Shown here: piece by piece, positions 13,481 through 24,750 of the stretch
Layout of the letters: every line of letters begins with the position of its first letter
Numbering within the stretch: position 1 is the first letter of the stretch
NCBI GenBank assembly: GCA_043228905.1
Contig: JBHGNT010000015.1
Location: forward strand, 1,178,001-1,242,000
DNA from: Azolla caroliniana
Taxonomy: Eukaryota; Plantae; Polypodiophyta
Direction of reading: 5' to 3'
Length of the DNA: 64,000 nt
The notes under the pieces: model-generated
Told to the model about the DNA's origin: nothing
Seen by the model: only the letters and a program-made list of their open reading frames with translations
Databases searched by the model: none
Program-made: the position numbers and the translations under genes

Positions 13481-16400
13481 ATGAGGTAAATGATCTCCTC
13501 TTCTTTCTGTCCCTTCTCTGTGGCATCTTTCATTGCTTTTTTTTTTAGGATCTGTCCTCTCCCAGTCTTTGTTATTGCTTTTGTTATTATCCTCTCCTCT
13601 TCCTTTGATATCTGACTCCATCTTTGTTAGTCTCTCTCTCGCTTTTTTATGTTTCTATCTTTTTTTGTTTCCACAACAAATCTTCTCTTTAATCGTGGCT
13701 ATGCAAGACATCTCTTAATCGGGTTCTCATGAGCCATTCGTTTTTTTTTGTTTCATTTCCCCCTCCATGATTCATGCTCTTTTCTTTTTCACTTTCTTCA
13801 GTGAATCGAGTACTTTTGAAGCTCCTCATTGCATTTTTACTTATAAGTCTATTTGTTGCTTTACTTTGCAGCACTAAGGAGAGACCAACCCTTGGGTAAG
13901 CATTCGAATATTCATCTTTAAGAAAATGATCTCTTATATTAGTCTATTTAATCCATCAAATATTGACATGCTCATATAACATCGATGTATCACAAAATGT
14001 GCATCAAAATCATGGTATAAAGGTAATTTGCCTTAAAGTCACAGCATTTTGATGCATAACTATGTTGTTCTCTCTGGTGTCATGCAAGCAATTCACATTG
14101 GATAATGTAGATTCACTCAGACAATTCACGTTAGATTATGTACATTGGATAATGTAGATTCACTCAGACAATTCACATTAGATTATGTACAAAGTGTGTT
14201 TATACAACGGTTGCATAATCAACTTCATATCTTTGAATTTGGTAACGTAAATGCATGTTAGATTTACTTCACATGGTGAATCGTGATGCATTTTCTAGAT
14301 GAAATATCAATCTTAACAATATATAAAAACTGTAGATATTTTGCTGCATGTATATTTATGTTCACAAATATCTGATACTGTTATATTATGCATGATATTT
14401 TATGTGCATCGTTTTTTGACACACATGGTCAACTAATATTGTGACGATTACTGGACAAGTTTGGATACTTAGCAAGCAAATGAATTGATGAATGAGATAA
14501 GAGTGGCATGTTTGGGGCTTACTGCAGTGTCAGAAACAATTAAGCTTCTGAGGACTTATTAAGATAGTGGAAGAAAACATTGTATAGATGCACACCTGGA
14601 TTCATGAAGGATAGATAATATGTTTTGTGTGTGACCTAATTACTTAATTACATATTCATTATTTTACTACAGTGGCACGCGGATCAAGACCCGCAAACGA
14701 AATATAGCAGCTCCTTTAGACCCTTCGAGTTTTGCAGATGCAATTGTCCAAGTCTATCTTGAGCATGAGGGAGACCTGGTATATCTCTAGGAATAGCACA
14801 AATTTTTAGGGCTGATTATATAGGTCATAATGAATAATTAGTATTGAAATGTTGTGATTACTACCAGGAACTTATTGCCAAAGATATTGAGGCTTCCGAC
14901 CTTGACTTCTCAAGATACGGCGAAACCTTCTTTGAGGTAACATCTTGGAAGCCACCACGATCTTATGTGTTGCTTTGCCCACATTATTAATATTCTTATT
15001 ATTTTTTAGTGTAGGATTAAGTAAGTTGTATCTTTATTCAGTATATCGTACTTCTCTGATCCCCAGATTGTACCTTAACAAAAATATAACTTGTACTTGG
15101 GAGAGAAGAATGGAAAGAGAGTTCTATTAATTCCTAGTCGTGTTGGTTTGGACATAAGACAACGCACAATAATGAATATGTTCTTATAATTCTGATCTTT
15201 GGTAGTTTGTATGACTGCTGATATTTTGCCTAGAAGACATACCAAATCGTGTATATACTCTTATAATTCAAACCTTTCAAAGTTGGTTTTGTATGACTGT
15301 TGAGTTGCTGTAAAATTATGGATGTACTGCAAGAGGCTGAAATTTTGAATGTGACTTCCAAAGTCTTACATGAATATGCTTACAGTTGCAAATTCAGCTA
15401 ATAATGTGTGATATGTGGATATGTATGTGTGTATGTAATTGATGGATGGATGGATGGATGCGCATGCATGCAGTTCTGTGGATCATCTAAAGAAACCATT
15501 ACGTGTGCAGGTGGTGTACACTGGTGGACGCATTCAGCTTGGAACTACAAAACCTGAGGAGGGTGAAAGACATCCATTCTCTATTTTGAACTGTGAGCCT
15601 TCACGAGATAAGATTGTCCCACATGTGTTATTTATTCAGAAGATCATACGTCGGCGACCTTTCATGATAAAGAGCCTTGAAAATGTGATGCAAAGGCTGC
15701 TTCAATCATTAGAGCTCTATGGAGAAGATGATCGCTTGAAACTAGCAATATTTACTGCCCTTACATTCTCCCAAAAGCTCTCGGGCCTTCCTCCAGAAAC
15801 AATCTTTTCTGCCTTACTAAAAGATAGTCTTGTCGCCAAAGGTACTGTTCTTGGTTTCATAACAGATTGCTTCAAGGAATACCTCGTAGAGAACAGTTTT
15901 GATGATCTAGTTGGACTTTTGAAACGGGCAAAAATTGAGGATCGCTTATTGGAGTTTTTTCCTATGCAAAAGAGATCTATTGAAGGATTTGCGGATCATT
16001 TCAGGTCTGCTCTTGGACATTGTTCCTTTACATTTGTAGAATATGGGGATAAGTAAGAGAAAGGAGGAATGCACACGAGACATTTGGATTCTTTTTCAGA
16101 AGTGCAACTATATTTCAGATAACATTTGTTATTAACTTTTTCTTCCTTTGCAGCAAAGTGGGGTTAGGCCAGCTTGTAGAGTACAATAGAAAGAAGGTTT
16201 TTGATGTAAAGCTAAAAGAACTGAAGACTAGCTTGACCGATCAGATTGCAGAAGATGTGGCTATGAATGAGGTTATTGATTCTATAAAGCTGCGATGCAA
16301 GGACTCTAGTTTACCGGATGTGGATGTGGTACGGATGGTGTGGGCAGCTCTAATGGACGCAATCCAATGGTCGGGGAAGAACCAACAACAGAATATCAAC

Positions 16401-17275
16401 TTGGCATTGCGACAGGTGTGTGGAATCTTCAATTTTGGCTCTTTTTTGTTTTTTAAAACAAACTTAATAGGAATTACATTCCCAAATATTTATGATTTAC
16501 ACTCAATTTTCGTGAGTGATATTTTCAGGGCTTCTTTTTGTTGTGGGTAATTTGCTCTGATATTTTTTTGTCTCGTTTTTTCTTCCTTGTATTATTGTAT
16601 ATTGCCATGACTCAAGAATGAATGCTAAGTTAAAGTGAATCAGTACGGAAAAAATAGAATATGAAATTCCAGAGTATTTGTAATCCCCCAATATTGTGTG
16701 CATTCTAAAAGACCACTTATCTATGATTTTATCAATGATTAAAGTGTACCCTTTTCGCCTTCCATGTGTATATTCCGTTATAATAGGTTATCTTCTCTAT
16801 GTAAATAATATGTAAGGAAGGGCATAAAAAACCCTATAATTTGTTGAGCTCACATGGCAGCGGGCCTTTGTAGGTGAAAACTTGGGGACCCTTACTTGGT
16901 GCTTTTACTTCAACTGGAAAGCTCGAGTTGGAACTGATGTATACCATCCAGACATACTGTTATGAAGATGCAAAGCTTATGAAGTTGTTTCCAGAAATTA
17001 TCCGAGCTTTATATGATCAAGATGTGCTTGCAGAAGACACTGTACTAGTGTGGTTCAAGAAAGGTTCCAATGTGAAAGGAAGGTCAGAGCCGATCCTTCA
17101 ATAAACTAGTTTCTTTTTTGTGTTTTTAATTTTATATCCTTCAACTTCTTGCCACCTGAAATTTAGTTAATACTAATCGTATGATTTGGGGCTTTCAATT
17201 TGATATAGACAAACATTCGTGAAGGCTCTGGAGCCATTTGTGAAATGGCTGGAGGAAGCTGAGGAGGAGGATTAA
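13481..17275 (+). CDS. BZW: BZW / eIF5-mimic protein (MA3 + W2 domains), complete gene with 8 coding exons
   Basis: Exons 13481-13485 (ATGAG), 13872-13895, 14673-14778, 14868-14936, 15511-16004, 16154-16415, 16874-17082, 17209-17275, all GT-AG and in phase. Protein MSTKERPTLGGTRIKTRKRNIAAPLDP..DLDFSRYGETFFE..IIRRRPFMIK..CYEDAKLMKLF..DVLAEDTVLVW..PFVKWLEEAEEED*. Confidence 0.95.
14088..14190. repeat. Short tandem duplication (~49 bp) in BZW intron 2
   Basis: CATTGGATAATGTAGATTCACTCAGACAATTCAC occurs twice. Confidence 0.8.
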
Positions 17276-19510
17276 CCAAGACAATTTGTTCTCTTACTTT
17301 TCTAAGTTGGACTTCTCAAGTGGGGGAGTTTCAATAACTATTATTATGAATGGCTTTATAGTGTTGTGCTTTGCTATATATATGTTGTAGTCTCAAGTCT
17401 CATTACTGTGATTGTTGATATCAATGCTTCTGAAAGGGAAGTCAACAAAGATAATATGGATATGTTTGCATGCAATTCTATTGTTATAAAATATTAATGT
17501 GGCAAGAGTTGTAAGTTCTGAACGATGGCACCAAATTGTTCCAGATTGTTGTGCATGGTGTTTTTTGATAAATCCGGGAGAAAACTTTAAAATCTGTACA
17601 CATTATCAGGAAAATCTGAGACCATCCTGAGAACTACAATGCAATTGTTTCATAATATGTTGAAAACCTGTCTCATGTGTTGTATGATGTGGATCTTCAG
17701 CAAACTGACCAATAATAGAATTCCATCTTTGCCATCAGTTCAAGCAGGTTCTTGTTTTAATATTTTTAAATTTGTTTAGTTCTCTCTGTTAGCACAAATA
17801 GGCCATTAAAAGAGAGATTTGATAGAATACTAACGTGAGCTGGATATCATTAGCAACATCTATAATCTGAACCGGGATGTGGTTATTGCATTCTACAATG
17901 TGTATGCACAACAAGGATGGATTGATGTCAACATAATCAGAGGAAGTTGGTATTTTACTATTGCTGTGATTCATATGAGCTTTGGCTATTTTGAAAGTTA
18001 CAAAGTAGCAATGTTCTATGTTTTGTTTCAAGAGATTCTATTGCATGAGATATTTCTTTTTGTGCAAACGTTTTTGTGCTTTCAGTAAACAAATCCATTA
18101 TATGGAGATGTGAGGCATTGTCTTCTTTTTTAGATTGATTATTTCTTGTTCCAATGAAAGCTTATCCTCTTGACAACTCATCCTAGAAATCCTAATGTTA
18201 CTAGCTACGCCAATTTTAATTTGGTTCATTTCTTATTAATGTTTAAGTTACATACAATTATCAATATTCAAATGGGCACTTGTGAATGAGTAGTTTATAT
18301 TAGCAACTCTTGATCTGCGATAAAGTTCCATTAATTCACGTGTTTTTTGACAAGTTTCATTGTTTTGTAAGAACCTTGAGAATAATACTTGATTTCTTGA
18401 ATTTTTGCTTCATATTATTACAATTCCTACATAGGCGAGGGAATTAATTGAAACATAATTGAGAATGAAAGAAAGGTGTAGAATATAACAAAGTTTCGGA
18501 CTTATAAGCTTTATGAAGATGAATCACCTTAGCAAACTTGTAATGTATAAAGGTGAAATGAGATATTTTAGTAGAAAACCTGATTATGGTTACTATGTGA
18601 CTCATAGTAGTGGGTAACAAAGGTGTAGGAAATATAACAATGTTTTTTATTTAAAAGGTTCATGAAGTTGAATCACCTCAACAAGCTAGTAATGTATAAA
18701 GTTGAAAAAGGAATATTTTGTAGAAAACTTAGATTATGGTTATCATATGACTCAATGTAGTGGGATATGATTGGATTAGCAATCGAGACACAAAAACTAG
18801 GAACGAAGGCCACCAAAGCAAATAGAGAGCACAACTTTGAGAGTATGAGATAGAATCCAATGGGGGGCGGCACAAAGGTTTAGATGTATGTGTATTGGTT
18901 AGTAGTGTTTGTCTCGTACATTTCACTTCAAATTGAAGTAAATAAAGATAAGAATAGTTTTACAAATGATCTTGAAAGTAAAATTCCAACCTCCTCACAC
19001 CATCATTGCATGTTGATAAAGATGATGCTATTCTTCAAGGTAGTTTACTTTTTGGCAGATAATGACTAATTTTCATGGGCAATAAGGAAAATGTACATCT
19101 TATATGCTTTGCAAAAAAAAGCATTGGAGTATAAAAGTGTGGTTATATATGTCCTTATGATATTTCAATTCAATCAAATTGAGGTGACTTGACAACCTGG
19201 ATCAAGCACTCCACGGTTAAAAGGTGGAGATAATTGGGGATTTATGGTGGACAGGCAAATGCCATTCGACGACAAAGTGTCAAAACTAAAGCATATTTCT
19301 AGAGAATCATTAGTAAAGTCCATGATATATATCTGATGGATAAATGTTGTTAATCATTAAGATGTCAAAGTATCATAATTGTCCAATTGTTTATAAGTTT
19401 GAAAAAGTTATTCTTGATTTTCTTTCCACATTGACTTTATTAACAACCTATTTAAAGTTGCACCAAAAATTGTATGTGCACATCAAATGCTATTTTTTGG
19501 AAACACGTAA

Positions 19511-19927
19511 ATGAAAAATTGGGTAAGAATTATCATTTACTTTACAACCTTCCAAAATCAAGGTCATCTATGACCAATGGGTCACGGATCTCAATAATAA
19601 GATCTACATTAGAAATTTAGGAAAGTAGAGGAGATGCACCTGTTAACCTTGGGACTATTATAATGCACCCCATGCGAGTAACAAAGTAGCCTTGGTTCTA
19701 GACATGTAGCACAAAACACTTACATGAAAATTTGGGTAAGAATTATCATTTACTTTACAACCTTCCAAAATAAAGGTCATCAATGACCAACGAGTCAAGG
19801 ATCTCAATAATAAGATCTACATTAGAAATTTAGGAAAGTAGAGGAGATGCACCTGTTAATCTTGGACTATTGTAATGCACCCCATGTGAGTAACAAAGTA
19901 GCCCTAGTTCTAGACATGTAGCACAAA
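19511..19927. repeat. Tandem duplication, 2 x ~213 bp
   Basis: TTGGGTAAGAATTATCATTTACTTTACAACCTTCC ... TTCTAGACATGTAGCACAAA is repeated at ~19511 and ~19724. Confidence 0.85.
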
Positions 19928-22261
19928 TGACGAAACAAACAAAGGTCGTAACACACAGGAAACAATTGTGCCATGACAATGATGGAATTCCCATATTTTC
20001 CGTCTTCCACCACAACATGAACCAAAGAGGTTGGATTTTTTATTATAACGCCCTCTTAGTTCGATGAAACAATGGTAAAATAACATAGAAGCATGGACCA
20101 TTGCACCACTTTGAATGGCATAAGAATGACTATAATTGAAACTTCCAATGCATAAACTTCTACTTCACCTCGATGCCAATAAGATGGTAGTATCACATTG
20201 ATTCAAGGTTTTGTATTGTTCAATTGGAAGGTACTATAGGTTTCATTCATTAAATATCATGTTTAAAATCAAATAAAAAATAAAATCCATTCATTGGTAT
20301 AAATAAGAGGTGTAATTCTCAATTGATTGACGGATGGACAACGATCTTGTTGGTTGAAAATGCCAAAAAGGACTATTACATTTTAAAGATAGAAGTGGAG
20401 TATCATCCTAGGGAATAATAGTTTGGAGGTACACGGCAATTATAGCATATGAAACCACAATAAAACCATTCTATTGTCCTTTTAAACTATGTACCATGTT
20501 AACCCAAATATCACCCATTGCTTCAAATGGTGATACCCTGCCTTGATGAAAATGGGGGATCATCAAGCCTTCCAAATATACCATATGGTGGTACTACTCA
20601 ATAATTCCAATAATGGTTGGATCTCCATCCTTCTTCCTAAAAACTCCATGGTCACTAAACGAACTACCCGAATTGTTCCATAACAAGTGTTGAAAGCATG
20701 GTCAAGAGATTGATCATCATAATAGAACAAAAGTAGACAAGTGATGTCCAAACCACCATTCCCCATGTAAATATTGAATGTGGAATGTAGTTGGCAAAGA
20801 TTTAGAGAAGATATTTCCGCATCAGTTGAGACTCAAAAGTTAGTCCCATCAACAATGCTTTTGTGATTCTTCCTTTGAATAACACCAACCACAATTAGAG
20901 GATACACTCATTTTATCCAATCACGTATCAATTGCCAAGACTTGATGCACAAGCAATCACTACAAATGATGTATTTGACATGAGTGTTTCCTTTCCTATA
21001 ACTTTCCCCAAAACTTAAAAAGAAACTTTGGCATAAGACCATGTTGACTCTAGCATTGAAATCTCGTTGGTGAAACATCCCATGAACTAGACAATATGTG
21101 TGTGCCTAATTGCATAGAATATTAGAAAAAATTAAATTTTTTACCAATAAATGGATTTTTATCTATCCATGAATAGTCACTTGGGTCCCATGGCATCATA
21201 AACAAAGGTTGCTCACCACTCACATCTTTTGGTGTGACTTTACTTCCTTTATCATGAGGTCAATATATTTTTTCCGATCAACATATTCTATTACTCTTAT
21301 TTTTTGTTCTATAGAGCAAAGATAGAATATCATTTCTATCAAAGGAGACAATTGACTTGCATTATCCATGACAAAAGAGCGAAAAGTTCCATCCTAGAAG
21401 TAACTCTTTACAACTAGGAATACTTCCAATTTCGAGAAACTACCTATCCGTATGAGGCAAGAGCTAGTATGGTGGTTCTATCCATAGGTTCTTGAATTTG
21501 CCAATGCATTATTTGCCCTCCATGAATCACGGCTAGTACATGCTTTTTGTTCATGCCAAGGCCGAGATAGAAAAATCTGCCAAGTCCTAATTGAGTTACG
21601 AGGACCTTCTACCATTTCCTCCCACGCCAACCAATGTCTAGAACCTACATTAAACCATCTGATGTTATAAAATGCGGATTCCAAATTAGCCATTGTCTTA
21701 AATACTCTTCATATCTAGTAGGTGCATCGTGGAGCAATCTAGGTAAGACTTGATTCCATGCGGAAAGAATAGTTCTAATAATTACGTGCTCCCACATATG
21801 AGATGATGCTATTTAGATCATTTTCCCAAAAATCCATCTTACATCCATTGGTCAAAAGTAATTTCCATACCCCATGACTAAGAGGAAATCCTGTAATAAT
21901 CATCTTTACCAACAATTCTAAGGTTTGGATCAACAATGCATAGTCCTCCTTTGGATAAAGGTAATGCAATTGCATCCCATTTAACTTTGGACTAAGCATG
22001 ATGATCAACTTTTGAAGACCACAAGAAATTTCGTATTTGTAAAAACATGATTCGGAAAGAGATTCAACAAGGCAACACATACCATGTTGCTCATGCCTAT
22101 TCGGAAAGATTTGTCGGGAATTCGGCAAGTTCTGTCGTGTCTTGTGATGCCCATCCAATAGACATTTCGTCAAAAAATGTACAGAATGGTTCTCATGATG
22201 ACAAGAAGGAAATCATGTTCCAACTTTTAGGGTATTGAGTGGGGGTTGCAACACAATTGGA

Positions 22262-22292
<31 letters not shown>

Positions 22293-22490
22293 TGTATATA
22301 TGTGGCATGCATGCATGTATGCATATATGTATGTATGTATTGTGTTGTATCAGTATGTATGCAGCATGTATGAATGTCTATGTATGTATGTATATGTACA
22401 TATGTATGTACTATGTATACATACGTATGTATGTGTATCTCTGTCTGTCTGTATGTCTGCCATGTGTATTGTCCGTACGTACGTGCGCAT
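22262..22490. repeat. Degenerate (ATGT)n microsatellite
   Basis: Direct sequence; it produces spurious MYVC ORFs. Confidence 0.9.
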
Positions 22491-22610
22491 CTATGTCTCT
22501 GCTGCAGGAAGATGGATATACTGCTTGCTCTTTTACAGACACACTCGCAGATGCTCCACGCTTTGATCTACCGAGAAATAATGGTGGCTGCATAATCCTT
22601 CTGACCCCAG

Positions 22611-24626
22611 TTGTTTGAAGACAGCCTACATCAGCTCAAGATACTTATCGAGAACATGCCTGATGCTCGTGCCTTCAGCGGATTAGTTCCACAGAAAGAA
22701 GTTTCATGGAAATTCCTTATCAGTGGCTACCTAAGACAAGGAAAGCCTTTAAAAGCTCTCGCAATGTATTCAGAAATGCAAAAGGATGTTTCCGTATGTC
22801 CGTGCAAGCATACGTTTGTCGCTTTGCTAAAAGCTTGTGCAAAAACGAAAGATCTGAGGACAGGCTCTGAAGTGCATGCTAAGATTGAAAGAACAGGGTT
22901 GATAGATAGAGATGTATTCATTGGTAGCTCATTGATTGATATGTATGCCAAATGTGGTAAACTTGATAAAGCCCAAAAAGTGTTCGACAAACTTCTGGTT
23001 CGGAATGTGGTGTGTTGGAATGCATTACTACGAGGATATGTCGAACATGAGCAAGGAAGTGAAGCGTTGAATCGTCTTGAAAAGATGCAATTGGAGGCCA
23101 TTTCTCCCGATGCTGTAACATTCATCTGCATTTTGAAAGCTTGTGGTAGCATAGGTGAGATAGTCAAGGGGAAAGAAATGCATGCTGAAATAGAAAGACA
23201 AGGACTTCTGGAAAAAAACCTTATTATTGGCAACAGTTTGATTGATATGTATGCTAAATGTGGCTTACTTGATATGGCACAAGAAGTGTTTGATAAGCTT
23301 CCAACTAGAGATGTGGTTTCTTGGACTTCTCTGATTGCAGGGTATGTTGAACATGGAGCTGGGGAAGAAGCATTGAAGTGTTTTCAGAAAATGGTAGGTG
23401 ATGGTGCTCCTTGTAATGCTATTACGTATGTTTGCATCTTGAAAGCTTGTAGCAGCATAGGAGATAGCAATAAAGGTCAAGAAATACACAATGAGATTGA
23501 GAAAAATGGACTTCTTGAAACAAATCTCCTCCTTTGCAATGCGTTGTTGGATATGTATGCTAAATGTGGGTTACTTACGAAAGCACAAAAGGTATTTGAT
23601 AGGATTTCTATTCGAGATGTGGTCTCTTGGACATCAATAATTGCAGGATACACTGAGCATGGCCAAGGTGAAGAAGCAATCAATGCATTTGAACTGATGT
23701 ATATGGAAGGTGTGTGCCCTGATGTTGTCACATTCCTTTGTGTCTTGAAAGCTTGTGGTCATATTCGAGACATGGTTAAAGGTGAAGAAATTCATGCAAA
23801 GATTGAAAGTCGAGGATTGCTAGACATAAATATCATTGTCGGCAACACGCTGGTTGATATGTATGTGAAGTGTGGCTCATTAACAAGAGCACAAGAAGTG
23901 TTTGATGGGCTTCATGATAGGAACTTAGTTTCATGGAATGCATTAATTTCAGGTTATGCTGAGCTTGGACAAGCTGAAGAGGCTATCAAATGTTTTGAAA
24001 GAATGCAGCTGGATGGTGTCTCCCCTGATGGCATCACTTTTGTTTGTATCTTAAAGGCATGCTCAAGCTTAGGTGCTACAAGCAAAGGGATAGAAATACA
24101 TGTTGAGATTGAGAGACAGGGTCTCATAGAGAGAGATATACTAGTTGGCAGCACCTTGGTTGATATGTATGCGAGATGTGGTTCCCTGGTAAAAGCACAT
24201 CAAGTTTTTGACAAACTGCCTGTGCGAGATGTAGTCTCTTGGACTGCAATCATGGAGGGGTATGCTCACCTTGGACAGAGTATCTGTGTTTTCTCTAACT
24301 TTGATAGGATGACGAGAGAAGGAATACAGCCAGATCCAGTGACCTTTATCGTTCTTCTTAATACTTGCAGTAGAGCAGGTCTATTTGGTAAAGGTCAAAT
24401 GTATTATGAGGCAATGAGCAAAGACCATGGTATTTCTCCTAGCCTCCAGCATCATGGATGTATGGTTGATCTTCTAGTTCGTGGAGGCCATATAGATAAG
24501 GCAATAGCAAGAATAAAGAACATTCCTGATATTGTGGCATGGCGAACAGTGCTAAGTGCTTGCAGAAATTGGGGAAATGTAGACTTTGCGAAACGAGCAT
24601 TTGCATATACACTACACTCGAAATGA
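22611..24626 (+). CDS. PLS-class pentatricopeptide repeat protein, intronless, with truncated E domain (organellar RNA-editing factor type); first in-frame ATG at 22656
   Basis: About six P-L-S triplets (LIDMYAKCG..AQEVFDKL..RDVVSWTSLIAGY..PDAVTFICILKAC) followed by GCMVDLLVRGG and WRTVLSACRNWGNV (E1-like). No DYW domain. The true start codon is uncertain. Confidence 0.92.
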   Translation: MFEDSLHQLKILIENMPDARAFSGLVPQKEVSWKFLISGYLRQGKPLKALAMYSEMQKDVSVCPCKHTFVALLKACAKTKDLRTGSEVHAKIERTGLIDRDVFIGSSLIDMYAKCGKLDKAQKVFDKLLVRNVVCWNALLRGYVEHEQGSEALNRLEKMQLEAISPDAVTFICILKACGSIGEIVKGKEMHAEIERQGLLEKNLIIGNSLIDMYAKCGLLDMAQEVFDKLPTRDVVSWTSLIAGYVEHGAGEEALKCFQKMVGDGAPCNAITYVCILKACSSIGDSNKGQEIHNEIEKNGLLETNLLLCNALLDMYAKCGLLTKAQKVFDRISIRDVVSWTSIIAGYTEHGQGEEAINAFELMYMEGVCPDVVTFLCVLKACGHIRDMVKGEEIHAKIESRGLLDINIIVGNTLVDMYVKCGSLTRAQEVFDGLHDRNLVSWNALISGYAELGQAEEAIKCFERMQLDGVSPDGITFVCILKACSSLGATSKGIEIHVEIERQGLIERDILVGSTLVDMYARCGSLVKAHQVFDKLPVRDVVSWTAIMEGYAHLGQSICVFSNFDRMTREGIQPDPVTFIVLLNTCSRAGLFGKGQMYYEAMSKDHGISPSLQHHGCMVDLLVRGGHIDKAIARIKNIPDIVAWRTVLSACRNWGNVDFAKRAFAYTLHSK

Positions 24627-24750
24627 AAATGATGCTGCAGCTGATTCCTTAGGCGTTGGATCTACTTGGGTAGTATACCTCTGGAAACACTCCAATCAAC
24701 TTTGTCAACAGGTATGAGTGAGTGAATAGATTGTCATATATCAATGTATA

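Noticed and set aside
18650-21960. Possible decayed transposase (SWIM/MULE-like) on the minus strand
   Set aside because: Only short broken frames; I could not identify a convincing motif by eye. It needs a tBLASTx or HMM search.
22235-22618. MYVC-rich ORFs
   Set aside because: (ATGT)n microsatellite artefact.
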